From an uncultured virus (IMG/VR IMGVR_UViG_3300042453_003546) (lineage: Duplodnaviria > Heunggongvirae > Uroviricota > Caudoviricetes), in IMG/VR virus record IMGVR_UViG_3300042453_003546: a stretch of DNA of 64,000 nucleotides; one strand, 5' to 3'. The position numbers were made by a program, and so were the translations under genes. Under the pieces are notes generated by a model that did not search any database, was not told where the DNA came from, and saw only the letters and a program-made list of their open reading frames with translations. Of this stretch, positions 38,952 through 49,629 are shown piece by piece; position 1 is the stretch's first letter, and each line of letters starts with the position of its first letter.

Positions 38952-39440
38952 TTAGTATTCTAATACACAGTAGTCTAAGCCTAATGTCAATGTGATCTCA
39001 ACTTGAGTTTCAGTTGACCAATCCAAGTCACCAAAGGCAGCAGTTTTGATATAAGCTCCCCAAACTTTCCAGTTCTCAATTTTATCACCTACTGGACCAA
39101 GTACAAAGATATCAAAATTCTTCTTGTAGAAGTCTGCATATCCATCACGACCAGTTACAGATTCGTGAGAAGTACGTACCCACTCCATTACTGCTTGAGC
39201 ACCTGAAGGTACAATTGCATCATACATTGTAAGTGTGATATCACTCCATTTACACTTTCCTTTCAACTTACGAACAATGTTAATGTGGTCTAATACAACC
39301 TCACCACACTCTAAAGTAGGACGAGAAACCTTTTTGCATAAGAAAGAAGGAATACCATCAATTTGAAGGATAAACCTATTCTGTACTTTTGGCTCGTACG
39401 GGGTGTAAAATATTTCGTTATTTTCTATTAAGTTTGCCAT
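38952..39440 (-). CDS. Tail tube protein (gp19-like)
   Basis: EPKVQNRF, W.DITLT.YD, EW.R and FGDLDW; follows the sheath gene. Confidence 0.88.
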   Translation of the reverse strand: MANLIENNEIFYTPYEPKVQNRFILQIDGIPSFLCKKVSRPTLECGEVVLDHINIVRKLKGKCKWSDITLTMYDAIVPSGAQAVMEWVRTSHESVTGRDGYADFYKKNFDIFVLGPVGDKIENWKVWGAYIKTAAFGDLDWSTETQVEITLTLGLDYCVLEY

Positions 39441-39464
39441 GCTACTTGTCTTTTATTATAATTA

Positions 39465-41846
39465 TTAAGCGTTTTCAAAAGATGCTCCAGTTGGAAGAAT
39501 ATTAAAGTCGAGAATGATAAATTCAGCAGCTTTTGCAGGCTGTAAGTATATTTGACCATACATAATGTTTCTGTCGATTACGTCTGGAGTATTATTTGTT
39601 TCATCCATTACAACTCTGAACGCATACAATCCTTGACGAGCTTTTACTGTTTCCAAGTAAGGAGTCACAATATTCAAGAATCTTTGACGAGTAGCTGTTG
39701 TATTGTTTTCGAATACTAAATAACGGCTTGCAGATGCAATGTACTTTTTCAAAGTGATCATTAAACGTCTTACATTGATTCTATCAAGAGCTGATGGTTT
39801 AGCTTGTAATGTTTTCTGACCCCAGATACAAACTCCTTGGTTAGGGAATGTTGCAATTGCATTGATCTTGTTTTCATAAAGATCGTTTCTGTCAGCTTGT
39901 GTAAGTTTCAACTCTACATCAACAGCTTCACCAATACCACCTCTATTAAGACCTGCAGGAGCAAACCATTCGTAAGCTACTGAGTCATTGTAAGCCATTA
40001 CTCTTGGTACAACTACACTTGGTGGTACCCAAACTGGTTTGTTTTTGTTAGAATCAATGATCTTAACCCATGGCCAGTAAGTACCAGCATAGTTAGAATC
40101 AATTCCACTATCTACTACAGCTGCTACTGCAGTTGCAAGATTACGTCCTTGGATAACTGGATCTGCGATTACAAATGCATCACCTCTATCTTCAGCAACT
40201 TCAATTGCTTTATTTATGATAGCTGAGTGATCTGCGATTGTGGCACCAGGTGTTACTATCAAGTTAACATCAAACTCATCAGCATTGCTGATTACGTTAA
40301 GTGCTTTAGTGTATCCTACTGTTCCAGCTGCTGTTGCACTTGAACAATTCATACCAAACAAGTTAGTAGAAGTGATGTTTGCACCTACATTCTTAGCGAT
40401 TGCCGGATCCATTCCATCAAATCCACCTTGGAAAGGTACTGTGAATTTCAAGAAGGTGCTTACATCTAGTCCTGCAAATGTTGAACCTGAGATACTTGAA
40501 CCACCTACAAAAGTAGAGTTGGTATTCAATTTAGATGCACTTGGGTGAATAAAACACTCATCAAGGTTAAATGCACTTCCTACTGTAGTTGTTCCTTTTG
40601 CAAGAGGCTTTAGGTAATTGCCATTATCGTCAACTGATGTATCCCATCCATAATAAGCTTTTTTGTTGTAAGCGTTATTGATTTGAGTAAGCTGAGTTAC
40701 AAAAGACGCTGTTGGGAATGTGTAGCTTGAAGATACTGGTTGCACTATTGCATTGAATCCAAATGGTTTTGCTGCAGTTGTGATTGCTTTTGCAGATACA
40801 GCAGAATCAACCTCTACTCTAACATATTTTGAAATATTATCATAGTCGCCAGTTACTGTTACAACACCTGCTGAACTTACACTATATGATTTATCACCTA
40901 TTCTTCTTGCAATATAGTTAGAAGAATCTGGATCCAAGTTAACACCATTATATGTTTCTAAGATTAATGGTCTTTGATCTGTATCAGCATAGTCACGTAC
41001 TACAATAGTAAAGTTACCATAATCTGAACCTGGATCTACACCTGGTAGAGTATTATTAATAACACTCACTTTTACTGAAGTATTTGTATCCGTACCATCA
41101 GCAAGTGTGTGGAATTTGAATAGGTTTAGTTTTTGATTACCAATTATCTGTGTTTGAATCCATGGAGTTGAAGCTGGGTTGTAAGCTCCAGATGATCCAG
41201 ACAAATCTACTTTTGCATTTGCAGATTGTGATACAAAAGATACAGATCCTGATAAACCAGCACCAGTTGCTAAGAAATCACTAAACCAAACGTACATGTA
41301 TCCGTTCTTAGCACCTTTTACTGAAGTACCAAGTACATTAGCAAAAGAGTTTACATTTGATGGGTTTGCAGATGCGGTAAGGTTTTGTGCAGTTACACCA
41401 GATCCAGAAAGTTGGAATCCAAAAGATCCAGTTACACTTTGTCCTGTGAAAGCTGTGAAATCAGAAGCTGCGTATCCTTTTCCAGTAGAACTACCGATAG
41501 TTGTAGTTGGCATGATTACACCAACTAATCTACTAGTAGATCCAGTTGTGTGGATAATTTGTACTGCGTCTGCATTATATCCACCTTCAGAAAGCACTCT
41601 AACTACAGTTACAGTACTTGCACTACCAAGGTAGCTTTTTACAGCATAAGGTACATATGTTTCTTCACTCAAGCCACCAAACTTAGCAATAAAGTCATCG
41701 AAAGATGTTACTACAGTTGGTACGAATGCAGGTCCTTTAATTGTAGGACCAATGATTGCAGCTCCAATCGCTGCTATACCAGCAGGAAGGAATGAGAGGT
41801 CTCTCTCGTTGGTAAATACGCCAGGTGATACTATTCTTTCAGCCAT
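39465..41846 (-). CDS. Tail sheath protein
   Basis: SPGVFTNERD, YWPW, WFAPAGLNRG, WGQKTLQ, RINVRRL and NNTPDVID. Confidence 0.95.
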   Translation of the reverse strand: MAERIVSPGVFTNERDLSFLPAGIAAIGAAIIGPTIKGPAFVPTVVTSFDDFIAKFGGLSEETYVPYAVKSYLGSASTVTVVRVLSEGGYNADAVQIIHTTGSTSRLVGVIMPTTTIGSSTGKGYAASDFTAFTGQSVTGSFGFQLSGSGVTAQNLTASANPSNVNSFANVLGTSVKGAKNGYMYVWFSDFLATGAGLSGSVSFVSQSANAKVDLSGSSGAYNPASTPWIQTQIIGNQKLNLFKFHTLADGTDTNTSVKVSVINNTLPGVDPGSDYGNFTIVVRDYADTDQRPLILETYNGVNLDPDSSNYIARRIGDKSYSVSSAGVVTVTGDYDNISKYVRVEVDSAVSAKAITTAAKPFGFNAIVQPVSSSYTFPTASFVTQLTQINNAYNKKAYYGWDTSVDDNGNYLKPLAKGTTTVGSAFNLDECFIHPSASKLNTNSTFVGGSSISGSTFAGLDVSTFLKFTVPFQGGFDGMDPAIAKNVGANITSTNLFGMNCSSATAAGTVGYTKALNVISNADEFDVNLIVTPGATIADHSAIINKAIEVAEDRGDAFVIADPVIQGRNLATAVAAVVDSGIDSNYAGTYWPWVKIIDSNKNKPVWVPPSVVVPRVMAYNDSVAYEWFAPAGLNRGGIGEAVDVELKLTQADRNDLYENKINAIATFPNQGVCIWGQKTLQAKPSALDRINVRRLMITLKKYIASASRYLVFENNTTATRQRFLNIVTPYLETVKARQGLYAFRVVMDETNNTPDVIDRNIMYGQIYLQPAKAAEFIILDFNILPTGASFENA

Positions 41847-41909
41847 TTTGTTTTATAGTTTATCAATTTGAATATAAATATCACAGTAAAACCTGAAACC
41901 TTTGTTTTT

Positions 41910-42182
41910 TTAATCTTTTGGTGTAAATTGTCCAGTTTCTAAATCTAAGGAACCAGCTCCATATTTTCCATCCAACTTTTCTGCTAACGCCTTTTCTTCT
42001 GTGTTGACTTTAACGATTTCGTCTTCCAGGGTAGCTTCTTGTTGTTGTAACGATTGTAAGTAAGACTGTGTGTTCTTAATTGCTAATTTTAATTGTACGA
42101 GTTGGATTCCTATTACGTTATACTTTTCTTGGATAACTTTAATTTCATCTAACTCTTCGGGTGTAAACTTTATTGTGTTCAT
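41910..42182 (-). CDS. Small coiled-coil hypothetical protein
   Basis: KYGAGSLDLETGQF C-terminus; TATTTATA at 42199-42206. Confidence 0.65.
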   Translation of the reverse strand: MNTIKFTPEELDEIKVIQEKYNVIGIQLVQLKLAIKNTQSYLQSLQQQEATLEDEIVKVNTEEKALAEKLDGKYGAGSLDLETGQFTPKD

Positions 42183-42229
42183 ATAACTTATTATTTAGTA
42201 TAAATATGCATTAGTTTGGCTGGATTGTG

Positions 42230-43123
42230 TTACCAGCATGTTATTATTACTAAACCATCACCACCTCTTCCACCATCACCTCCAAGAATAGATCCACCAC
42301 CACCACCACCACCACAGCCATAAGAGCCATTCCCACCTTTTCCACCATTTGATACGTGAGAAGAACCACCACCTAAACCACCAACAAATACCATAGCATT
42401 GGTCATTGTCTGATTAGATGGTAAATTATAATAAGGCATTGATGTTCCATCCGCACCATTAGATCCACCAGCTATTGTTGGTACAAATCCTGAGCCTTGT
42501 AAACCACCTCCATCAAAGGGTTGATTACCTAAGGATCTTATAGAACCACCACCTGCACCACCGGTGAGAATATTTGTTGCTAATGCAACAGCATCACCAC
42601 CACCAGAATTTGTTCCTCCATTAGCCCCATTAGGCCCTGCAACTGCTGTTATAACACCTAAATAACTTAGTAATGCTGATGTTTGTACAAAAACCGTTCC
42701 TCCAGTACCTGCTGTTTGTCCATTGGTAGCCGTTGGTAAGCTGGTACCGTTAATCAATACCAAATTAGCTGCTGAACCTGTGGAGGGTTGTACACTAACA
42801 TAGGATAGAGAGCCTGACGTACTGGTGGTCGTTTGTGTTTGACCGAAACCTCCCATTCCTACTAAAACATAAAGCGTGTCAGGTAGAAAATTGGCAAAAA
42901 AGACACCACTGGCAATAGCACTACCACCGCCACCTCCGCCACCTGTTCTGGTGCTAGTTGCAGCTGTTTGTCCACTACTCCCCCCAGCTCCTCCTCCTAT
43001 AAGGAACATTTCAATAAAGGTACAACCCCTTGGTTTTTGCCAAGTTTGCCAAACACCAGAACCAACTCCATAAAATATTTGGAAGTTTTTATCGTTATTT
43101 GTTAAATTAAAATAATCTATCAT
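42230..43123 (-). CDS. Glycine-rich virion/fibre protein, paralog 3
   Basis: QTWQKPRGC...LPDTLY...GGRGGDGLVIITCW. Confidence 0.7.
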   Translation of the reverse strand: MIDYFNLTNNDKNFQIFYGVGSGVWQTWQKPRGCTFIEMFLIGGGAGGSSGQTAATSTRTGGGGGGGSAIASGVFFANFLPDTLYVLVGMGGFGQTQTTTSTSGSLSYVSVQPSTGSAANLVLINGTSLPTATNGQTAGTGGTVFVQTSALLSYLGVITAVAGPNGANGGTNSGGGDAVALATNILTGGAGGGSIRSLGNQPFDGGGLQGSGFVPTIAGGSNGADGTSMPYYNLPSNQTMTNAMVFVGGLGGGSSHVSNGGKGGNGSYGCGGGGGGGSILGGDGGRGGDGLVIITCW

Positions 43124-43126
43124 ATA

Positions 43127-44011
43127 TTACCACCAAGAAATTATTATTAAACCATCACCACCATCTCCGCCTCTACCTCCAGTGACACCAGCACCACCAC
43201 CACCTCCTCCACAACCGAATCCACCATTTCCACCCCTTCCACCAACACCCGTAGCATTACCAGCACCACCTGCTCCTCCTGTGAAAAAAAATGGATTTGA
43301 TGATGTGAGTATGTCAATCGTATTATATACCCCAAAGCCATTTTGACCATTATCCCCAGCATTTTGACCACCTTGAATGAGTGGTACAAATCCGTTTGAG
43401 TTTATGTTACCACCAGCAAATGATGTTCCTCCGGCACTTGCACCACCACCTGCTGCTCCTGCTGTGACTGGGAATAATATATTTAACGAAGTACCTGAAG
43501 CAGCTGAAACACCTGAACCACCATTTTGTGTAAAAGTTGGGTTTGAAAAAATGGATGAACGACCATAAATATTTGTTGCAGCACCTGAATTACCTCCTCC
43601 AGCACCTATAGCACTCGCACCACCACCTCTGGCAGGTGTATTAAATGTCATACCTTGAGGTAAGGCAGGAATAAGATTACCTACTCTGACATAGTTGGCT
43701 TGTGCGGCACCACTACCACCTTGACTGGCACCACCACCAGGACCACCTCTACTGACTAAAATATAAAGTGTGTCAGGTAAAAAAAAACTTGGTATGATAG
43801 TTTGTGTTATACCACCCATACCACCTCCACCACCACCGAAACGATTTGTTCCTACAGCACCAGATAAACCACCTGAACCACCTCCGCCTCCACCTAAGGA
43901 AAAGATGTATACAAACTTACATCCCCTTGGTTTCTGCCAAGTTTGGATTACATAGTTCGCATAAAAAACTTGTGTGTTGTCCCTTAAAGGTAAATCTGAT
44001 ATATCTAACAT
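43127..44011 (-). CDS. Glycine-rich virion/fibre protein, paralog 2
   Basis: QTWQKPRGC...LPDTLY...GGDGGDGLIIISWW. Confidence 0.7.
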   Translation of the reverse strand: MLDISDLPLRDNTQVFYANYVIQTWQKPRGCKFVYIFSLGGGGGGSGGLSGAVGTNRFGGGGGGMGGITQTIIPSFFLPDTLYILVSRGGPGGGASQGGSGAAQANYVRVGNLIPALPQGMTFNTPARGGGASAIGAGGGNSGAATNIYGRSSIFSNPTFTQNGGSGVSAASGTSLNILFPVTAGAAGGGASAGGTSFAGGNINSNGFVPLIQGGQNAGDNGQNGFGVYNTIDILTSSNPFFFTGGAGGAGNATGVGGRGGNGGFGCGGGGGGAGVTGGRGGDGGDGLIIISWW

Positions 44012-44018
44012 ATATTAA

Positions 44019-44930
44019 TTAAAAACTTATCATTACAATAAAACCATCCCCTCCTCTACCTCCGCTTCCACCAGTTGTCCCAGCACCACCACCTCCACCA
44101 CCACTACTTAAACCACCCTTTCCACCATTACCTCCTATACCTGCACCATTAGCACCCCCACCTGAACCTCCAGTAGATTGGATTATATAACTTCTATTTA
44201 GTGTACTATTTAAACTCATTTCAATTCCATCGCTACCATTATTAGTCCCACCCCCAACACCACCTTGTATGTTTGGATATATTGTTTGATTTAAGTTAGT
44301 TATTGCACCGCCACTTCCATTCGTATTAGTTGAACTTGAACCTCCGCCACCAGCTCCACTGGTTGTAATATGAAATGTGGTGATTGTAACACCATTTCCA
44401 CCAGTATTTGCTCCTCCATTACCACCTTGTACTTGTGTACCACCAAAACCTGCTGGAGAAACGAAAATACCCAATTTACTTAGGTTGGCTGTTGTTATGT
44501 TAGGAGTATTCACAGTACCACCAGTTCCATTAGATAGCCCAGCACCTCCACCAATACCATAAATTAAAATATTAGTTGAAGTACTAAAGTCAGGTCTGAC
44601 AGTAACATAGGAAGATGTACCATTACTCCCATTTGAATTAGGTAATCCACCATTACCACCAACACCAACATTTATATATAATATATCAGGTAAAAATGCT
44701 GCCTGATATAAACCATAACCCATTGAACCTATTGCACCACCACCACCTCCAGTTCTACCAACACCAGTACCCGATTGTCCACCACCCCCACCACCAGCAC
44801 CACCGTGAGCTTGAATATATACATATTTACAACCTCTTGGTTTTTGCCAAGTTTGCCAACCAGTACTACCTACTGTAAAAAATACTTTAATATTAGCGTC
44901 TAAATTAGCTAAATGGTTGTAATCAATCAT
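44019..44930 (-). CDS. Glycine-rich virion/fibre protein, paralog 1
   Basis: QTWQKPRGC...LPDILY...GGRGGDGFIVMISF. Confidence 0.7.
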   Translation of the reverse strand: MIDYNHLANLDANIKVFFTVGSTGWQTWQKPRGCKYVYIQAHGGAGGGGGGQSGTGVGRTGGGGGAIGSMGYGLYQAAFLPDILYINVGVGGNGGLPNSNGSNGTSSYVTVRPDFSTSTNILIYGIGGGAGLSNGTGGTVNTPNITTANLSKLGIFVSPAGFGGTQVQGGNGGANTGGNGVTITTFHITTSGAGGGGSSSTNTNGSGGAITNLNQTIYPNIQGGVGGGTNNGSDGIEMSLNSTLNRSYIIQSTGGSGGGANGAGIGGNGGKGGLSSGGGGGGAGTTGGSGGRGGDGFIVMISF

Positions 44931-44943
44931 AACTGGTTTTGAT

Positions 44944-45117
44944 TTAAGTCCAAGATGGTGTTACATTTACTTCAATAATACGATATCCATAGATACCAGT
45001 TAATTGTATTTCATTACCATCTAAATCAACATAGCTTGGATTTCCGTAGGCATCACTTCGTTGGTAAAATTGACCAGTGTAGCCATAATCAAATTCGCAT
45101 AAGTTATATGTGTACAT
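44944..45117 (-). CDS. Small hypothetical protein
   Basis: Start MYTYNL at 45117, within the fibre cluster. Confidence 0.5.
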   Translation of the reverse strand: MYTYNLCEFDYGYTGQFYQRSDAYGNPSYVDLDGNEIQLTGIYGYRIIEVNVTPSWT

Positions 45118-45128
45118 AGTTTTGTGTT

Positions 45129-45542
45129 TTAATAGTCCCCACCAATGACAATCCCATCCCAACCAGCTGCTACTGCCGTACCTAACGTTACATAGAGTCT
45201 ATAGTTGCTGGGTAATGCAAAATTTAATGGCAGTTCATAGTTTGATTGTGCTGCTACCTCTGTTACCGTTGTAGCTGGTAATGAAAGTTCATCCCATAGT
45301 GTGTTATTGATTGATGAACCTGTACTCTGTCCATTGTTGATCCACACTCTTGCAACTGAAGCTACATTTGTTCCTAACGTACGGAATCTCATTCTCTGAA
45401 CAAAGCTTCCACTTATACCAGCTGTGAAAGCAAGATATCCCGTACCACCTGTCAAGTCCTTTGTTGTGTTTGCAGCCGACATTGAGTCTGCCCATTGAAT
45501 GTCTGGGGTTGCTGTAAAAATTGGTGCTGTATTTGCTGCCAT
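45129..45542 (-). CDS. Putative virion/fibre-associated protein
   Basis: MAANTAPIF...GGDY; fibre-cluster context. Confidence 0.6.
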   Translation of the reverse strand: MAANTAPIFTATPDIQWADSMSAANTTKDLTGGTGYLAFTAGISGSFVQRMRFRTLGTNVASVARVWINNGQSTGSSINNTLWDELSLPATTVTEVAAQSNYELPLNFALPSNYRLYVTLGTAVAAGWDGIVIGGDY

Positions 45543-45553
45543 GATTTATAATT

Positions 45554-47491
45554 TTAAAATAGTTGTTGTGAATTTGCTATTGCATATGATAATCCGTAAT
45601 TGAAAGTAGCGGTGCTTGACGCTCCAGGTGTTACTGTAATAACATTACCGCTAGTATCTACTGCTAAATTGGCAGCTGCCGTGCCAGGAAATGCGCCAGA
45701 CCCTGTATACTTACTTAGTATAAGCTGACCCGTATCCATATTTAGACTAGCTATCTCAGCATCACTACCTGCGTTCGTACCTCTTAGTATCCTAAATCTG
45801 TCTTGATAGTTGTCTATCATTGAAGCAGAAGTATATGTTCCCCCTACTGCAGATAATAATAGCCGACCTCCCTCTCCTACACCTCCGTTTGGTGGCGGTC
45901 CTAATACTAACGTATTTTCCCCTGATCCTATTGATCCAGATCCGACCGAAAGGCTGCCTGTGATTATTACACTTTGGTTAAGTAAATTCACAAAGGACGC
46001 TGTTAGAGCGTATGATGCTGTAGTAGCGTTTTCTGCCCAGCTTGCAGTTCCATGCAAACTAGCAGTCAATGTTTTATTATTCCAATCCAGCACCAACGTT
46101 TCAGTAGAGTCTAGCAACTGTCTTGCTTCCCAATTAATACTACTCATTGTGGTACTATCATAGTGAATCCTAGATGACCAGTCAGTTGAGGCTAATCCAC
46201 TAGAATCGTTCAATTGTCGCTGACCCCAATCGACTGCTGACACTCCTGCGTTATCACTCTGTTTTCTAGATTCCCAGTTTATGGATGTTACATCACTACC
46301 ATCATTAAGTTTTTTCTGATCCCAGTCAATTGAAGTGGTGGCATTTGTGTCTGCTAGTCTTCTACTATTCCAGCTTATTGAATTAATGCCACTAGAATCT
46401 TTTAGTAATCTATTTACCGAATCAATTACTATGTTTGATCCGTCTGCAATAATAAATGATCCAGTTACTCCTAAACTTCCAGTTATTTGCGCACTACCAC
46501 TAAATGGGAATGGTGAAATGTACCCTAAAAGATATGAAGCTGTTTGTGCAAAAGATGCTGAGACCGCATTAAGTATGTATGATGCTGTTTGAGCTGACTC
46601 TACATAGGAAGCTGTTTGTGCATTGAGAGCCCAACTACTTGTTCCATATAAGCTTCCAGTTATCCCCTGAGTGACTGTTAATGATCCAGTTACGATTGTT
46701 GTGGATCCACTAGTAAAAATTTGAGAATCGTCTAAGTGATCTCCTCCATCGCCTCTTGGTATAAACCATTTTGTTAAGTTTGGCTCATCTCCTAAAGATC
46801 CAGTATTTCTTGGACCTGATAGTAACATACCACCGGTGTAAGTTGATCCACTTACAGTTTCATATACCCAGTGATTATGCTGCGAATCCCAAGCTAATGA
46901 TGCAGTCGCATTAGATGATCCAGAATCATATACCTTCAAACCACCAAATCTTTCAAGCGGTTCAAATATGTTTACTGATATAAATGATGAGCTTATTGCT
47001 AATTGCGATGCAGTTATGTATAAAAACGATGAGGATCCATAAAATACAGAGTTGCCAATAACAGCCAAAGATCCCGAAATAGTAACATCCTGATTTAGCG
47101 TATTAACATAGGATGAGGTTGCTGCATAGGAACTTGATATCGCACTCTGAGCTAATACTACGTAAGATGCTGTATTAGCTATACTACTGCTCAAAGCTAC
47201 TATTGCATGTGAACTACTGAGAGCTTGTATAGCGTAAGATGAAGTCGTTGCGCTGCTGGCCCAACTACTTGTTCCAAATAAACTTCCAGTAAACGATGTT
47301 GCTGTTATTGATCCAGTAGTTACTGTATTGGCAGTAACTAGCGACACTATGTCGTCATTTACACTACCCGATCTTCGCAGATGAACCTTTCCATCAGCCA
47401 CATTTATAGCTAATTCCCCCACCTCCAGCGATGCTGTGGTAGGAATATTTCCCGATGTTAGGTTTCTCTTATGTAATATTCTATCTGGCAT
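45554..47491 (-). CDS. Tail fibre-like protein with Ser/Thr-rich repeats
   Basis: N-term LEVGELAINVADGK; TGSL.GTSSWA repeats; 16-aa Trp repeats. Confidence 0.75.
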   Translation of the reverse strand: MPDRILHKRNLTSGNIPTTASLEVGELAINVADGKVHLRRSGSVNDDIVSLVTANTVTTGSITATSFTGSLFGTSSWASSATTSSYAIQALSSSHAIVALSSSIANTASYVVLAQSAISSSYAATSSYVNTLNQDVTISGSLAVIGNSVFYGSSSFLYITASQLAISSSFISVNIFEPLERFGGLKVYDSGSSNATASLAWDSQHNHWVYETVSGSTYTGGMLLSGPRNTGSLGDEPNLTKWFIPRGDGGDHLDDSQIFTSGSTTIVTGSLTVTQGITGSLYGTSSWALNAQTASYVESAQTASYILNAVSASFAQTASYLLGYISPFPFSGSAQITGSLGVTGSFIIADGSNIVIDSVNRLLKDSSGINSISWNSRRLADTNATTSIDWDQKKLNDGSDVTSINWESRKQSDNAGVSAVDWGQRQLNDSSGLASTDWSSRIHYDSTTMSSINWEARQLLDSTETLVLDWNNKTLTASLHGTASWAENATTASYALTASFVNLLNQSVIITGSLSVGSGSIGSGENTLVLGPPPNGGVGEGGRLLLSAVGGTYTSASMIDNYQDRFRILRGTNAGSDAEIASLNMDTGQLILSKYTGSGAFPGTAAANLAVDTSGNVITVTPGASSTATFNYGLSYAIANSQQLF

Positions 47492-47511
47492 TTACTATAA
47501 ATATCTTCAAG

Positions 47512-48405
47512 TTAAAAGGATAACGCTTCCTTAATACGAAGTGTGAAATTGTTAACCACATTTGTAATATCACTTGCGCTTATTGGTAAACTTGGTGAAT
47601 TAGCTGTACTTCCCGTTCTACTTAATAAGGTTGTTACTGCTAATAGATTTGATGCTGATCCAGTTGAGTATAAAGCTGCGCCTTGAAGTCCTCTATTTAG
47701 GTTTACTGACCATACAACATTTCCAAAATCAGAGTTCCAATTTGGATGTCCAAATAACATATATACATCACAAATATTTGGATCTGAGCCTTCTCCATAC
47801 GTTTGTCTATAATACGCGTATGTGGTAAATCCATTAACAGTAGAACCAGTATACACACTGCCTGTTGCTATACTACCTGCTCCATCTGCTCCAATATTAC
47901 CAGCTTTCTGCCATCCTATTGGTCCTGATCCACTACGTGCTCCAATCATTGTTAGTGGATGATAAATAGGACTTTGCGGACTTGTTGTCAGTGCCCCAGC
48001 CGATTGTGAATAACCAAAAGACGCAAAATAATAATTTGTATCAGTCAGTGTAGCGGACTGAGATAGATATGAAAGTGCTGGGGGTATTGCTACCGTTGAT
48101 GACGCTGTGTATTGTGTTCCGTTTCGTAATGCTGGAATTGTGTAGTTTCCACCGTCAAACATATCATTTCCGGCATCGTTAATTTGATATTGATTACCAT
48201 CCAATCGATATATGTAAAATTGTGGATTTCTAAAATCAGAAACGTAGTTACGTAAGTATGATGTAATAGTATTTATTTGCTGCCATGGAGATCCCGTTAC
48301 AGCTACAGATGGTGTTGATGAAACTAGTGCGTAGATTTGACCAGTTCCATTATTCTGAAGATTTATTCTTCCTTGATTGTTTCTATTGATTAATGATATA
48401 GGCAT
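47512..48405 (-). CDS. Putative virion protein
   Basis: S/T/G/Y-rich ORF between fibre genes. Confidence 0.55.
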   Translation of the reverse strand: MPISLINRNNQGRINLQNNGTGQIYALVSSTPSVAVTGSPWQQINTITSYLRNYVSDFRNPQFYIYRLDGNQYQINDAGNDMFDGGNYTIPALRNGTQYTASSTVAIPPALSYLSQSATLTDTNYYFASFGYSQSAGALTTSPQSPIYHPLTMIGARSGSGPIGWQKAGNIGADGAGSIATGSVYTGSTVNGFTTYAYYRQTYGEGSDPNICDVYMLFGHPNWNSDFGNVVWSVNLNRGLQGAALYSTGSASNLLAVTTLLSRTGSTANSPSLPISASDITNVVNNFTLRIKEALSF

Positions 48406-49628
48406 TAGTAAAAACCTCCATCTATATAGCTCGCACTTATTGCGAATGATGCTGTTCCAGTGATTAGACCAACTACATTCATCGATCCCGTCAATAAAAG
48501 CGATCCAGTTATGATTAATGTATCTGCATTACTTGAAAACAAAGTCGTACCAGAATTTCCAGCTATGTTTGTTGAACCAGTTACCACTAACGATCCAGAA
48601 ACTATAGCACTTCCTGTAAATGGAAATGGTGAAACATACCCTAACAAGAATGAGGCTGTCACTGCATATGAACTCGTTACTGCATTTTGAGCCCAACTAC
48701 TTGTTCCAAGCAAGCTTCCCGTAAACGATGTTGCCGTAACATTAGTATTAATTTGCAAACCATCATTTGGTGAAATACTAGCTGAGACACTACCAGATGC
48801 AATTTGTGATAAGTTTAATCCAACTATTGCTGAGGCAGGTATGTTTGATAAATTAGCACCACTACCTGAGAAACTACCAGTAATGCCTTGAGTAGCTATA
48901 AGTGATCCTGAAATAACAACACTCTGGTTTAGATTATTAACATGTGAGGCTGTCGATGCGTATGAGGAGGATAAAACCGTTAATGATGCAGTAGGAGTTG
49001 CTGTTGGAAAGCTAGTATTGCTTCCTACCCATATTGATCCAGAGTTTAAATTGGGTAAGTTTGCAGGTCCTGGATTTAATACAACACCCTGACCTCCATT
49101 ACCTTCTTTTGTTACTATGCCCAAGACTTGCACAATAGCCGATCCAGTAGGTCTTATCGCTGTCCATCCACCACCAGCTGCTATATATATCTCTGTTCCC
49201 GGTGGATATCCACTAGTATTAACACCCGTGATTAAACCTAATGCAATTCCTCTACCCTGATTTCCTGCTGCGATATTATCTGCTGCAATATATATTACGG
49301 GCATTTTTTGTGGATTGGCGGCATCGGCTCTATACACTATCGAATTAGCCCCTTGCGATCCGGATACGTAAACTGGAGTGCCTTTTGTTAATTGTGTTGC
49401 TTCTCCGTTGATTATAACCTCATATAATGTGTTTACGTATTGTAAGCTAAGATTACCATTCCCATCCGTTTGTATAAAGGAAAATTCTCCATTATCCGCT
49501 GATGGATATATTAACCCACTTGCTGTAAGCCCCGTTGATATATGAAATTGTGTTGCATAGGATGACGTCAACGCAAAACTTGCTGATGCAACACTACCCG
49601 TTATTTGTTCTCCTCTAAATAAAGCCAT
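48405..49628 (-). CDS. Tail fibre / virion structural protein with Ser/Thr-rich repeats
   Basis: KGTPVYVSG domain; TGSL.GTSSWA repeat; IDGGFY end. Confidence 0.7.
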   Translation of the reverse strand: MALFRGEQITGSVASASFALTSSYATQFHISTGLTASGLIYPSADNGEFSFIQTDGNGNLSLQYVNTLYEVIINGEATQLTKGTPVYVSGSQGANSIVYRADAANPQKMPVIYIAADNIAAGNQGRGIALGLITGVNTSGYPPGTEIYIAAGGGWTAIRPTGSAIVQVLGIVTKEGNGGQGVVLNPGPANLPNLNSGSIWVGSNTSFPTATPTASLTVLSSSYASTASHVNNLNQSVVISGSLIATQGITGSFSGSGANLSNIPASAIVGLNLSQIASGSVSASISPNDGLQINTNVTATSFTGSLLGTSSWAQNAVTSSYAVTASFLLGYVSPFPFTGSAIVSGSLVVTGSTNIAGNSGTTLFSSNADTLIITGSLLLTGSMNVVGLITGTASFAISASYIDGGFY

Positions 49629-49629
49629 T

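Noticed and set aside
42230..48734. Diversity-generating retroelement or invertible fibre cassette
   Set aside because: No reverse transcriptase or invertase in the window. The repeats are direct and short, and differences are not adenine-specific.
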